The notes: generated by a model from the letters alone, not told the origin. Counted from the first letter of the stretch, positions 14,601-28,557 are shown. The stretch is DNA of 64,000 nucleotides from Amphiscolops sp. MND2022 (GCA_964187785.1 OZ076409.1:84198001-84262000); one strand, 5' to 3'. A program made the numbers and translations.

Positions 14601-14615
14601 ACAACCAGTTTGTGA
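8689..14615 (+). CDS. Class A (rhodopsin-like) G-protein-coupled receptor, 6 exons: 8689-9118, 10067-10255, 11144-11292, 11725-12000, 12316-12539, 14387-14615 (498 aa)
   Basis: All five introns GT..AG with matching phases (1,1,0,0,2); total 1497 nt. Seven hydrophobic segments with TM1 GFVFN, TM2 LTSVTFGD, TM3 ERY, TM4 W, TM5 FYIIP, TM6 LMSPY, TM7 NSIVHPILY, helix-8 FR. Confidence 0.9.
13155..14036 (+). mobile_element. Two Helentron/DINE-like non-autonomous copies in GPCR intron 5
   Basis: aacaagccgggaacggcccaagtcggcg at 13155 and aacaagtcgggaccggcccaagtcggcg at 13456; terminal gcgcggactaaaaa; same internal subrepeats as 4459-6312. Confidence 0.65.
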
Positions 14616-15420
14616 AGTCACTCAAATAATTTCTCACCCCAAACTCAAGTCATATTATGTTTTCCTTTCAGCTGAATGTGATGTTATACAGACCATCTAT
14701 ATGGAACTGAATTCAGTTTGTGCATTTAGTTATAGTTTTACAATTATACTTTTCTGGGAATATTATTGCATTATGTTAATGTTGAAGATGTCACACCCAA
14801 AGCCCACCCCAAAAACAATTTGATGTGCAGTAGAAACCTCAGACCCAATAGCAATACACGCCAATAATCAGTTTAAATACCCGGAGCAAAATACACCGTA
14901 GTAATTGGTTTTCACGAAAGATTTTGAGCCAAAAAAGTATTGGTTTTACCCACTTTTAATATATACATTTCAGATGCTATTTTTAGACTAAATTATATCT
15001 TGGTGTCTAGAACTTTATTGTAGTGAAATATTAAACACTGTCTTCTACACAAGACATTTTCAACTCAGTTCATCAAAATGCTTGAGTTCCATTCAAAAAC
15101 AAACACAAAGGTAATGCGCAAGTTCTCAGACAGAACTCAGACATTTACCGAGCCCTTGATTGTTTCGTAGCAATAGCTTTACGTTGTAGATTCAAATAAT
15201 TATTTTAGTATTTATGTTCAATTTATGTTGAATTGTTGTGGATTTTCTTGTTTTCAAATGCACCTTCTGTTCTCACACACAAGAATCGGAAGAGAACTTA
15301 CAGGAGAAACAGTAGAAAAAAGAACATTTGTGCGAAAAGTTCGGTACAATGATTATCGAAAACTAGTCAAGATTCGGAAAAAATTAAAGATTCGAAATTT
15401 CTGCTGGAGCAAAATGGTGT

Positions 15421-16134
15421 TTTAGTCGGCGCTTCATGAAGAGAAACGCGACTATACTAGTGACTTTTTTCAATCTACACGAACTCACCAAAATAGTTCT
15501 AGAACATCTATAAAATTTTAAATGGCCAAATTGTACCACTTGACCCAGGAAACTGAACCATAATAGTTTTTCCTATAGCGTAACATACAAGACCAGACGA
15601 CACTAAAAGGTCCCCACTTCCGATTATCTTGGCACTGTGAGATTTTTTTTCGAATTTTTTTTGTCTCCAAAGGGTCTCCCTTCATTTTTTTGATATCTTG
15701 CTATAGAATGGATGGTCAAAAAGCCCAAAGGGCCCCGGGTCCCCCTTTTCAGTTTTTTTCGGCATTGTGAGACTTTACGAAAAAAAATTTTGGTCTCCAA
15801 AGGGTCTCCCTTCAATTTTTTTGATATCTTGCTACAGAATGGAGGGTCAAAAAGCCCAAAGGGCCCCGGGTCCCCCTTTTCAGTTTTTTTCGGCATTGTG
15901 AAACTTTACGAAAAAAAATTTTTGTCTCAAAAGAGTTCCCCTTTCAATTTTTCAGATAGTTTGCAGCAGAATGGATGTTTAAAAAACTCCAAAGGGTCTC
16001 CCCTTTTAGCGCGCCAGTTCGATCCAACTTTATATTTTTCGGGTACTGAAGAAGAGAATACTTGACACTTTGAAGTCCTTGTGCTATTTTTGAGGCTGAG
16101 GTATGGCGCCGACTTATGCCGTTCCCGACTTGTT
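15421..16134 (-). mobile_element. Helentron/DINE-like non-autonomous copy (inverted), with an internal tandem duplication of about 130 bp
   Basis: tttagtcggcgc at 15421 and ggcgccgact..gccgttcccgacttgtt at about 16105-16134 are reverse complements of the family termini. Confidence 0.65.
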
Positions 16135-18061
16135 TTTCAAACATGTAGGATAAAAGTTACAGGAGTTTCTAAATATCGGCCCTATATGTAGAGGAGACAA
16201 ACTCGATGTCAGACCTTTGTTTCAAGATCCAAATCGTATTCTAAAGTTATCACACGTCGATTTCAGTTTTCAACCAGTTTTTATTTATTCTTTAGAAAAT
16301 CAACATTTCCTGAAAATAATGACTATACAACATCCTAAAGACATGTAAAGTAATTATTATTTTCGACTATGTTTATGAAAATGAAATTGACAATCACAAG
16401 GGATATCAAAACATTTGGGAGGATTCGGTGGGTGATTAGAATCTTGGCAAATATTGAAGCAGGTTCAGGAAACAAAATCAAATCAGAATAGCGCAAGCCA
16501 AAGTAGAGCCCTAATACTTTTAGTTTTGGAAATGAAGAAGCGATTGTAAGAAACAAAACTTTACTTATTGTCAGTTCGACGTTAAGAATCGAACCCGTTC
16601 ACTTAATCATTCTCTGAACTTAAATGTGCTACATAGCTATTTTCCTTTTGAACTCCTTTGTGGATACTCATACTCACTCAAATACTCAAAAATTGCAAAC
16701 ACGTCGAAAAAAAAACAGTCAAATTGAGATAAAAAGTTCTATTCCCTAATTTAGTGCCGGGAATTCCACATTTCTGACATTTGACGTTGGTGAGCCTCCG
16801 GATCACATAGCAAGCTACAATATAACTTACAGCCAAACTGTCCACCAAAGGTGGGACAGCGGCTGTGATTTCGAAGTGATTATAGGTCGCAAATGTGTCA
16901 CTGCCAGTCGTTACTCTCCATGAGCAGACTATAGTACGAACTTTTTCCTTATTATTTTTAAAGATAAACGAACTGACAGATTTCACAAGTTTTATAAGAT
17001 GTTGCTTAGTAACTTGTAAATACTACTACCACTCGAAAGATGGTTAATCCGGACTGTTTGAGGTCTGATAAGCAGAAGGACGTGGGTTCGGGTCTCGAAC
17101 TTGACCAAAACGTTTTAATGCTTGCAAAAATAGAGGGGAGACCAAAGGACCCCCTTCGGGTTTTTTGGAACTATGCGATTTTTTCCGAAGTTTTTTCGAG
17201 TAACCCCCTTTGATTATCAGAAGAAACAAATAGTTTTGCAAGCTAAGAGCACTATACGACTTATCAAAGCATTTGAAAAAAAAAAGAAAAATAGGAAAAC
17301 TTCTATCGCAAAGTATATCTCTTAGATTTTCTTTTAACGAAAATGGGCCTCTGCGGGGCACAGAATTATTTTTCCTTTTAGGCTTTCATGTTCAACAAGC
17401 CTGTTCAATCATTTTATAGTGCACAATTAACCACTGTACCAGTTTATACCGCTTTACTTCTTCTAGGACTACAGAAAATATAACTACATGTACTAAGCGA
17501 AGCTCTCGGCGGAAGATAACTCATTCGCTTCATCAATGAATTGGGCGTACGAATGCATAATTCACACTCGCTCGCTTCATCGCACGAGAATTGAATTGTC
17601 GTCGGCAGCTCGAGAAACTTAAATCTCACGCTTATACTCACTGCCGAACAAAAAATCTGAATTTTTCAGTAGGCACTCGTTATCACGACAAAAATTGATC
17701 TGAAAAAAATTAAAAAATTAGATTTCAATAATATTGCTGCAATCGCAGAAATAATAAATATTCTTGAGACTGTCTCCTACAGTATGGGCTCAAACACATG
17801 GCTCCATGATAGCTTCGTGGTTTCAGTACACACGGTCCTTTCGCAATGACGAACAAGTGGTTATCAAAGGGGGCAACTTCACCTGAGATTATTTCCATGG
17901 GCATCCCAGAAAGTGTTTTTTAACAAGCACGCTTGAAACACTTGAACTATTGGTGGCCTTATCATTTGCAGGTTAGCGGCACATACCACAAAATTTGGGT
18001 TTTGAAGAAAGGTCAAGTTAGAGCTTATGTAGTGAATGAAAAAAATGCATCCTTCAATTAA

Positions 18062-18651
18062 CCTTAACTTGGCCAATGTGCCAAATTTGGCACATTTAGT
18101 TTCTGCAAATTCTTAACGCACCAGCTGATTGTATGGTAAAGCAAACCCTTTAATAAGAGTTTCAGACAATATTGCATAGCATTCGGTGCCTTTTCACGGA
18201 AAATTGGCGTGATGTCTCCAAAATCCAGAAAATGATGCGAAAAAATCAAAAGAAAAATAAGTGCAGATTTTCCGTTTTCCCAGTTTTCGTTTGTGCCCCT
18301 TTTATCCCACTGGTATCAACATTGGGTCAAAGCGGCCCAAGCATGTTTTGAAACATGCTGGAAAGCAAGCAGAGACACGACGCGTGCAAAGTTTTGGCGC
18401 AAAGTTCGGAGCCAGTGCGGCGAAGCCGCACGCCAGCGGTGAACTTCGCGCAAAAAACTTTGCGCGCAAGGGGCCCGCGCTAGCGGGCCCCAAGCCCAGC
18501 AGTTTAAAAATTGATTTGAAAGCCCCAATGCTCCTCTTTTGAACGCTGTATAAATCGTTTGTCGGACTTGTATAGTTCAGGAGATATTGTGGTTTAAAGT
18601 TGAAGCATCCGATTTTTGGATGGAACAAAATTTTTCCTGGCCAACTTAAGG
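18062..18651. mobile_element. piggyBac-type MITE with GC-rich hairpin interior
   Basis: TTAA|CCTTAACTTGGCCA ... TGGCCAACTTAAGG|TTAA: 14-bp TIR (1 mismatch), perfect TTAA duplication. Confidence 0.8.
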
Positions 18652-20411
18652 TTAATAACTTCAAAACAAAATATGGTTTCTCCAAATCCTCCAGAACGTA
18701 TGCAATTTACTCACCTCAACATTACATCGAATTACGAATTATTTGAGAAGCTTTATTTGAGATATTGCAGTATCAGATAAAAGTTGAATAAATACAGTTT
18801 CGAATTTCTATACAGCATGTTAAAAATTCTGTTCAGTTTGAATCCATAAGCTTTGTACAGATGCTCATCAAAAAACTGATTTGCGAAAAGCTCTCGATGA
18901 TTTCAGGGGCTTCAAAACTGAATAGAATACACACTAATAATCCAAGCCGCAGAAAAATACATTAAAAAACAAAACTTATTCGATCCTTTTGTCATTTCAC
19001 GTTTCTCAAACAAGGCAATTCTTTGACAATGGAAATCTCATATCAAAACAAGACACGAAAAAATGTCATTAGATTACTACCAAAGAAAAAGTGACTGAAG
19101 AAAATGAAATGGGATTTCCTTGCGTTGTGAAGATGCATTACACAAGTTTTCCTGATTTGAAAATTGTAATGAAATATTTAAACGTAATATCGAATAAAAT
19201 TTTTCAAAAAAATGGGAGAAAATTAGTGTCTAGCTATTGCAACATTATAATTGAAATTAGCACATATTCGAGGATTAGGCGTTTTGAAACGCAAGCGAAA
19301 ATAGATGACTTTAGCTTTCAGACACTCCAAAGTATCTTCGAGGTAAATGAAAAGTGGAATGAAATTGGAGCGACCTATTCAAAAAATATCAAGCATGCAA
19401 TTTTGATTTCTTTTCAGTGCACTCCGAATTTCTCTAAACGTACCGATTTGGTAGAGCTGAAAAACTTTGTTTTCAAAATATGCTATAGTCGGCAGCTTTC
19501 AATAGTCTCAGTGAAGCTGGACTTACTAACTCTACACCCCGCTTCATAAATAAAACAACAAAGAATAACTCGAAAGAACACATGTTCCAAACAAAAGTTT
19601 TTCATCCATTGCTCATGATCAATGTAATGCAGGCTTGCATATGTGCATTTCTGGGAATCAAAATTTAGCTTGTAGTTCCATGCCATATACAGTTTTCCTG
19701 ATCTTGACGATATTAAATTCACACGAACAAAAAGGGGAGTCAAAGAAAAGGGTTGCACAGTCGTCATTTGCACTTACTTTTTATTTACATTTACCAGATA
19801 TTTCAAACAGTCGTTCTAACCATTAATATTGTGGGTATATCATCCTTTATTCCACATGAGTAGGATGACTGCATATGGGGACAGCCTTAATGGTAATGTC
19901 ATTTTCAGTCCAAAAAACCAGGGTGTTTTAGTCGACGCTTTTCGTAGGAGAAAAGTGCAAGATTATCGCAGTTACTTTTTTCTTGAAACTCAAGGGACTC
20001 AAGACACACTGAAAAAGAGACTTTTTGTTCAGTTCGTTCAAGACCATTTGGCCTAGCCAGCCTGTTTCGACACTTTTTTTGTGATATTTTCATACAAAAG
20101 TCCTGAACAAACTTTGAAAAACTTTGCGCTATGTGAGCTTCAAGTGAGGCTCTTGTTAAATTCAAAACCTATATAAACACAAAACTTTCAAATATGCTAA
20201 AATAGACTGTTTTTATGGACAATTAAAAAAAATCTCACTGTGCCGAAAAATACCCAAGGCTTAAAAAGTCTTTTCCTAACTGAAAACGCCTATGAGAAAA
20301 CCAAAACCAAAGTGAAAACGTTTTGGTGGAATAAAAATTTTCCAGTAAAAATGCACGAAACAAAAAGGGACCTTTGGACGCAAAAAAACTATTTCCTAAC
20401 TAATACAAATC

Positions 20412-20958
20412 AACAAGCCGGGAACGGCCAAAGTTGGCGCTATATCTAAGGCTCAAAATTGTAAAAGAGGGACCCTTTGGGCTTTATGAAACTCCAGTTG
20501 GTTGCAAAATATGAAAAAAGGGGAACCACGCTTGGGAGATTTTGAAAAATTTCCGAAAAAATTTTTTAAATGAGATTTTCGAACAGTGTTACACTGTCGA
20601 AAAATGTAAAAGGGGAGACCTTTGGGATTTCTTGACATCCATTGTGTTGTAAAATATCGAAACAAACGAAGGTGGAATCCTAACAAACGATGGTGGAATC
20701 CAAAAAACTTAAAAAAAGTCGCATAGTACCGAAAAAATCCGAGTGAAAAACACCAAGGGGTATCCAATGTTTTCGAGGTTCTGGACGTCGATGTTTTTGT
20801 TTTGGACGAGTTTGTGGCGTTTCGAGTATGTTTTGGACGTCCGTAGTTCAAGTTGATGTTGAACAAATGAACAAAAAAGTGGACCGATCGCGTTAAACTG
20901 ACGAAAAAAAACTAGCCACTGTAAGAGTCGTGCATTTTCTTCGAAAACGCCGACTAAA
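20412..20958 (+). mobile_element. Helentron/DINE-like non-autonomous copy
   Basis: aacaagccgggaacggccaaagttggcgc ... aaacgccgactaaaaa. Confidence 0.65.
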
Positions 20959-21889
20959 AAGAAGAGGGGCCCTGCTGTGAGGTGATTTTTCAAATTTTAC
21001 CTTTAGCGCTAACAGAAAAAAACATTTAGCGCAACTCAAAACTTCGAATGCTTTGAATTCGGGCTTCACAAAAATTTGGACAACCTTCAGTCACCTATTG
21101 ACGTCATCATGGTTGAGTTCAAGTCAATTTGAAAATTAACGGCACAAGCTTGAACAAGACGGAAATGTCTTGGGCCAGTGCCCCGCTAAAGCTCAAAAAG
21201 AGCCAAATCACTTAAATATGCTCAGGCTGTTTTTTATCTGAAAAATGAAAAATATCTTTTATGAAAATCTCAGACAAATATCAAAGGGGGGCATTTCGGC
21301 CTTAAAATGTTTTTCTACATTGAAATATGAAAAAAATGCCACACGGTGCCAAAAAACAATCTGGTCTCATGCCAATTTTCAGCCTGTAAACATGTAAAAG
21401 TTTTTAACAGTATCGTTTTCCGAACAAAAAAAAAACATCTTTTGTGTAATTCATTTCTACTCACAACCTAATATCATCTTCGTTCTTTTTCTACGGCAAA
21501 CAAAAAGCATATTTTCAGCCTCCATAAGGCCAAAATACAAAAAAGACAGAAAAAAATAACAACATGAGATTATATCGCAGAAAAATAATTGGGGTCGAAA
21601 CTTATTTCTTCAACTGTCTTGAATTAAGAAAAAAGAATGTGCCATTAATCAAGAATCGACCATACCGCTGTAAGACTGTTAAAACATTCTTTTTCTCCTA
21701 ATCTTTTTTGTATTCATTCTACAAGATATGAAAGAACCGTGCACACTCAAAGCCAGAAATGAGAAAGTCTGTCCATGGAACCCAGGACGCGTCTTTTGTA
21801 TAAAAAATAGTTGGTTGTGAACGCGCGCGCTGCAGGCTCCTTGTAGTGTCAACAATGGTTAAAAATTGAGACTGTTGAAATTGATTTTT

Positions 21890-22320
21890 CAACACAGAGG
21901 CGAAGCCCTGCTTCGCAAACACTTGCTAACTTTTGAAGAAAACCAAATAAGCAATATCATACGGAGAACCAAGCGTAAAAGGATATTGTTAAAATTTCAT
22001 CAATTTCACAGCGCCAAAGAATGCCTGGAGGGATATGCATAAGTCTCCAAAACAATTCTTCTCCAACTGGAAACAACAGAAAACCCATCTTTCGCAACCG
22101 TAAACCTTTAAAAAAAAACAGAAAATTGAGGGAAAATTTTTTTCGAATTTCGAAAAATTTTTTTGATGAAGGTCTCCGGTAAATCGCATAGTGCCAAAAA
22201 CTTTGAGGAGTCCTTTAGGCTCGCAAAATGTTTCGTTTCTTGTAAAAATTAAGGAGGGGCTTCGATGAAAACAAATTTTTAAAAAAGCCGCATAGAAAAA
22301 ACACCGGTCTTGAAAAAAAA
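21890..22320 (+). repeat. Dispersed repeat; second copy at about 28917-29320
   Basis: Both start caacacagaggcgaagcc.tgcttcgcaaacacttgc and are colinear for about 400 bp. Confidence 0.8.
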
Positions 22321-24386
22321 GAACAGGACATTACGATACATATGCCGCAACGAACTAGCAAGATCTTGCTAGTTCGATTAACAGCCAATGAAAACGCGTT
22401 ATTCTAAATACGCGTTACGTGTTTTGCTCGTTACACTGTATGATTTGGCGTTACGCGTAGTGATCAAAATACAGTAAATGACTACTTTACACTCTCTGCA
22501 ATTACGTACTTTGACTGGTTTCGACTTCACACACGAAAACGGAAATTGATTGTTTTATGGACTGACAATATGGAAATTTACAGTTGTTTCAATTTTGTTC
22601 ACATTAAATTCCTGGTTTATGCGGTGTACACATATCGGATACAGGGTGCTGGGCCTGAGAAAGCCTAATTTTAAGACGAAAATTATTCATTTTGAAAAAT
22701 CTCACAATGCCGAAAACTGTAAAAGGGGGGCCTTTGAGATTTTTTAACATCCATTCTGTTGCAAAATTTCAAAAATTGAAGGGAGGACCCTTTGGAGTCT
22801 TCCAAAAATTTTCGAAAATAAAATAAAAAAATGAGAAATTTTAAGTCTCATAGTTCCGAAAAATCTGAAAAAAAAGGACCCTTTGGGATTTTAGACATTC
22901 GCTCTGTCGCAAAAGATCAAACAAATTGAACGGAGGACCCTTTGGAGTCTTCAAAAAATTTTCGAAAAAAAGTCTAAAAGCCGAAAGTCTCATAGTGCCG
23001 AAAAAAAGTTAGCCTATAAAGCTTATAAAATCTGTCACTTCGTTGGTCTTCAAAAAAAAGAAAAGTCACAACTATAGTCTGCGTTTTTCTACGAAAAACC
23101 GCTGACTAAAATTTGAATTATCGCTGGCGCTTTTGGTAGAAAATTCTATATTTGGCTTTTACATTATAACTGAAAGTTCTACTTTCGGTAGATTTGTTGC
23201 TTGATAACCTTCAATGTCGAAAATTTGAACTTTTCTCAATTGTCAGACTTTGCTTGCTTTACAAATTTGAATTTTGCGCATTCCTATTTATCATACACTG
23301 CAAGATTGCAAATTTTCATGATGGTGCGATTTTAAAGATGATGTTTTAAATATTCTTTTTATTAAAGTCCCAGACTTTTAAACATTTCGATATTCCGATA
23401 GAGATTGCTGCTTTTCTTTGACACCGGCAAAGTAAATCGTGTGTGTAAAAGGACATTAAAAACTGCTTGTCTGATGAGAATAAATTATCCCCACCGGATC
23501 ATAAACAACTGAAAGCAGCATAACTATTGAGGAACTGAACAAACTAACATTCCACCAACTTTAAAAAGCATATTTATAACGAGCGCTGTGTGCGAAATGA
23601 AAGTATGATTGAGAGAATAACATCTGCGAACAATACGTTTTATTCGACGGATACTGCACTTGAAGAACGAACAATTGTGTGAGAATAAAATGTAAACAGC
23701 TGCTGGTGTCGATGGAGTTCAAATGAGTGAGTGAATTGAATTAATTAAAGAGGCTCGCGCATGACTGGTACACAGACAAACTTGAAAGTCAAAGGTTAAC
23801 TATGACGCAACTAAATGAATAAATTATGGTTGAGTGACAGAATATTTTACATGTAAGTGAGTGACAAGAACGATTGAAATAGAATACAGAGACGCTCACT
23901 AGTGAACAAATGGAATTGAATAAATTAGTGAACTGAATTAGTGAATGAATTGAATAAATTAGTGAACAGATGGAATTGTGTTAGTAACCACAGCACCACA
24001 AACACACTACTAAAAGGATCTTTGCTAATCAGAAATTGGTCTAAATAATCTTGTCGTTATGTATATATTTCAGTAGTCTTTCTGCAGCAGCTCCTGACGA
24101 TTTTGTCAGACAATCTGCCATCTGAGAGGCTGTGTTCTTCCACTCCAGTCTGGATACTTCTCCATTTTCAATCATCGACCTCAATGATGTAATTTCTACA
24201 TCTAACCGTACCTGAGTCGTTGATCAGAGTGCTTATGCAAAAGAAATTCTTGTTTTGCAACCTCGTTTCAAAGATGGCCCGATCGATGCCACCTTGATAC
24301 AAATATGCGGAAATTACTGGGTAAACTGCAATGGCTAGTTACACAAACACGTCCGGACATTTGTTTCGATATGAACTCTCTTTTAT

Positions 24387-27380
24387 CAGAAATTGGTCTA
24401 AATAATCTTGTCGTTATGTATATATTTCAGTAGTCTTTCTGCAGCAGCTCCTGACGATTTTGTCAGACAATCTGCCATCTGAGAGCCTGTGTTCTTCCAC
24501 TCCAGTCTGGATACTTCTCCATTTTCAATCATCGACCTCAATGATGTAATTTCTACACGTAACCGTTTATCGACTCTTTGATATCAATCAATTCTGTGAT
24601 GAATTTCTGACAGAATAAAGCTGCTTCAACGCAATCTACACAAGAAATTGTTTCGGCACTCAGTGTACTTCTTACCACTCTTCGAAGACGGTGAGATTTC
24701 CACATCAATAACTGCCGTTTCATCTCTGTACCACTCAAAAAGATCAAATACCCTGCTTGTGTCCCCCCAGAGGGTAAATTGTCCAACGAAGCATCGCTGA
24801 ATGCCTCTAATCTCCATTCCTGACTTCTTCCCATGTCTTGAATTCTTGAGAACATAAATCAGTCGAAAACTGCACTTTTCTAACAACTTTGTTCGCTAAA
24901 GTGATATCAGTTTTCTCCCAAACTTTCGATCGTGATAAAAGAGAGTTCACATCAAAACAAATGTCCGGACGTGTTTGTGTAGCTAGCCATTGCAGTTTAC
25001 CCAGTAATTTCCCCATATTTGATATCAAGGTGGCATCGATCGGGCCATCTTCGAACGGAGGTTGCAAAACTAGAATTTCTTTTGCATAAGCACTCTGATC
25101 AACGACTAAAACGCCCTTTTTCATGAAAACATCGAAACCAAGGTATTTGAACGGAACTTTCACAGAGCGTTTCACGTCGAATCTTTCGAACACACCACGA
25201 ACGACGACTGCTTCAAAATGAGAATCTCCGCACCACCAGAAGTCGTCCACATATGAAGACAGGATTTCATGTAATTTGGAGTTAGATTTCAAATAAAACA
25301 CACAGGGATCTAACGGTGAATATGAACAGCCTAGGTCGACTAAAACCGACTTAACCTTCTCGTACCAATGTCGGGCAGCATCGACCAATCCGTACACACA
25401 TTTTTCAACTTCCAGAGCTTACCAACCATGTCGGGGGCGTCCTCTGGGGGTTTTAGAAAAACTTCACGATTCAGAGGCAAACCATGAAGGAAAGCCGTTC
25501 TCACGTCAAGGGCATTTGAGGGCCAGTTATTCTGAGCACAAATAGTGAGAACGATCCTGAAAGCTTCTTTGGAACAAGTCGGCGAATCTTTGACGAGCGA
25601 AGGCATATCTGAATCTTGGAACCCTCGAGAGACCAAACGACCCCTTTTGCGCCCTTCTTTGTCAGTGAGAACCCATCTACAGGTCCGATAGATCTGTCCG
25701 TTATCAGGAACGACGTCATAAACTTCTTTTTGGGTCCAATTTTCTAATTCTTCTAATTTTGCCACCGTAAAATCGTCCAAATTGGAGACAAAAACGCATT
25801 CTGGAAGATTTTCTTCGATGGAATTACTATTGACACAGAGTTCATCCAATTTCTCAATGTCAACCGTATCACGCTGCCCAGATATTTCTACGGGCTCGGT
25901 ATACCCGATATTCCAATGATTCTTATACTTCCCAGTGGCTTTGCCGCCGCGACTGAGAACAACTGCCTGAATACACTGTCCATCAAAACCATCTTGTCTC
26001 GAAGTGAATTCTATATTTCTACCTGGTTTAACTCTGTCCATGCCAACGGGATATGGGATATGAAGCGGTGATTTAGTTTTGATCGACTGACAGGTTTCCA
26101 GAGGCCGGATTGCTGAACCTTGCGCTCGTTGACCATCGCAATTTTCGGAATCACTGTCTTCCAATTCGGGGTTCTGATTCGAGATTGCTCTGTGAACTGC
26201 ATTCTTTTCAGTGACATGGGAACTTTGTCTATCTGCGTCCGCGTTTTAAACAGGTCCGATGCACTCTTACAACCACTCCACCATGTCGAACTAAAACAAT
26301 GGAGCTTTCATGGCCGATAACTTTAGCCGGTCCTCTTCATTGATCATCTAGGTTCCTTTTGTAAAATACAGTGTCTCCTTGACAAAATGGGCCTTCGTCG
26401 GACCTAACATTCGCAGACAAAGCCTTGTTTATTCTCGAGCTGCAGTCAGCCACTAGAAAAGCTTTCCTCGAAGCATGAAGCAATGACAGCTGTCTCGAAA
26501 TAACTTCAGTTGTTGTTCGACATTCCAACGCTGGCGCTTGATCGCGGAACACTGTAGGCAACCTGGCATTCGACCCAAATACCAATTGAAAAGGAGCAAA
26601 ACCATCCTTATTATAAAGTACATTCTTCGCAAAACATGCAAACTTCAGCAGTGTAGCATCGCAGAAAGCTGAAAAATCATGATCGGCCCGTAACTTTCCA
26701 AACATTTCTGTAACAACCGCGTTATGCCGCTCAACTATTCCATTAGACCATGGGGCAAAAGCGGCAGTGCATTTCACTTCACAGCCGTAATTTTCAGCCA
26801 TAGACCGAAAATGCTGGTTATTAAACTCTCCGCCGTTGTCAGTCAAGATTTTCTTCGGAAAACCAAAACTTAAAAACCAGTTCTCCACAAAACACTTTAT
26901 TATAGTCTCTGGATTCTTGTTTCCTATGAAAACAGCAACTGACAACCGCGTAAACATATCAATTATGTGGAGATAATACCGTGGCGAGAACGAGTTTGAC
27001 ATGACATGCAAATCCATAGCCACAACTTGATTCCACTCTACAGACATCGGTAAGCTGCTGATTGGTCTTGGCTTAACTCTTCCAAATTTAGAACAAACAT
27101 GACAATTTTCAACAACTTCTGAAATAATTTTCGGAGTATCTACATGACATTCCCGAATTCTTCACTAAGCTAGACAACTTCTCAGCTGAGCAATGAGCTA
27201 GTTGTTTGCAATTTCTCAATGTTCTTTTTCGACATCTTTTCTGCACCCAGGAAGGCAAAATCAGTCGGCCGGCAAGAAATATCCAACAGAAGGTGTCCCG
27301 AAGTAGCAATTTCAAGATCCACAGGTTGCGAATCGCCCATTTTGACGCTCGAATTTGTGAAATCAATAATCAATTTTGCT
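24387..27380 (-). pseudogene. pol: Copia integrase-RT-RNase H, frameshifted
   Basis: Split over ORFs 26337-27047 (IN), 25340-26164 and 24807-25397 (RT), 24553-24855 (RNase H). Confidence 0.85.
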
Positions 27381-28544
27381 CTACGCATGGATAGAGCTCA
27401 AAAGTAGTGGGAGGCTCCCGGGTAAGATGAAAAGGGTTATTTGGCATGACGTGCAGCAGATTTGGACAGGAATCGTGATACTGTATTTCACCCTGACCTT
27501 TTCACCACCACCAAAAACAACGAACGTATTCACTTCTTCACGCTTGATTTCAATCGTTCGTTCTTGTGGAAGAGTGTGCAAATAGTCATTGAGCCATTGC
27601 TCACCAGCAACTGTTGCAGTGCAACAGGAGTCCAAAACTGCTTTTCCTTTGGACTCGTCAAACAATGTACCCGATATCATCACGAAGGTTAAAAAAGAGG
27701 TCTTCTCATCTGCTTCCTGATCTGTGATCAACGCTGTGTCTGGATCCTTGTCAGGACAGTCCTTCACCCAGTGAAATCTAGACCCACACACTGCACAGGT
27801 TGTCACTTGACCGTCACGCCGGACCGGATTAGTACCATTCTGCTTTTTTGTGCCTCCTTGAATATTACCACGGTTCGGAGGGCCCTTTCCACGAAAATTC
27901 GAAGATTTATTGCGTCCACGCGAATTCCATAAAACAGTCTCAGTATTTGCCGCAAAAACGGCCTCGTTTTTGACAATGGTCATGTTCTGACTGATACAAC
28001 TTGATGAAGGAGTAGATGCAAAAACACGCTTCAAATTGGTATTGATGGAATCGTATTTGAGATCCGGCGTTGCCGTCAACATTAGCTTTTTGTCCCGTTC
28101 ATCCAGTCGGGCACAAAATAACAGTTTACAGGCCAACAGCTGGTCGGGGATATCAATACTGTGATGTTTCAGACGTGTATTTGCTTTTTCGAACTCTGAG
28201 ATATATTCCGTCATGCTTTTGTCATTTCGAGTCAATATTTCGAAGCGTTCATAATCGGCGAATAATTCAACAACTGTTTCTTTACCAAAAACAGTCTTCA
28301 ATTTGTCTAGAAGCTTTTTCAACCCATCATTAACTTTCAATTCATCAATTGGGATAGAGGTCGCCGTTTCTCGCTTTGAACCAGTCAAGGTTAGGGCTAC
28401 TGCTGGACCCTGTTTTCCGGTGGCTAAATCTGTGACCGCTTCCCAAATTGCCACTTCGTTTCTCCAGGTTTCGAAATCGATACCTTCGTTCCATGCCGGT
28501 GGGCTTTTGTAGGATGACACAACGGAGGATCCACCTTCAGCCAT
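27381..28544 (-). pseudogene. gag: Copia gag-protease portion of the polyprotein
   Basis: 387-aa ORF with PP..W..F..W N-terminus, CCHC knuckle and aspartic protease motif; ends in a premature stop before integrase. Confidence 0.85.
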
Positions 28545-28557
28545 GCTCCTGCTACCA
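28545..28557 (-). promoter_or_regulatory. Primer binding site (tRNA-iMet-like) of the copia element
   Basis: TGGTAGCAGGAGC directly after the 5' LTR and directly before the gag ATG. Confidence 0.8.

Noticed and set aside
19091..19549. 152-aa ORF
   Set aside because: GTG start, AT-rich, no motif or convincing splice signals.
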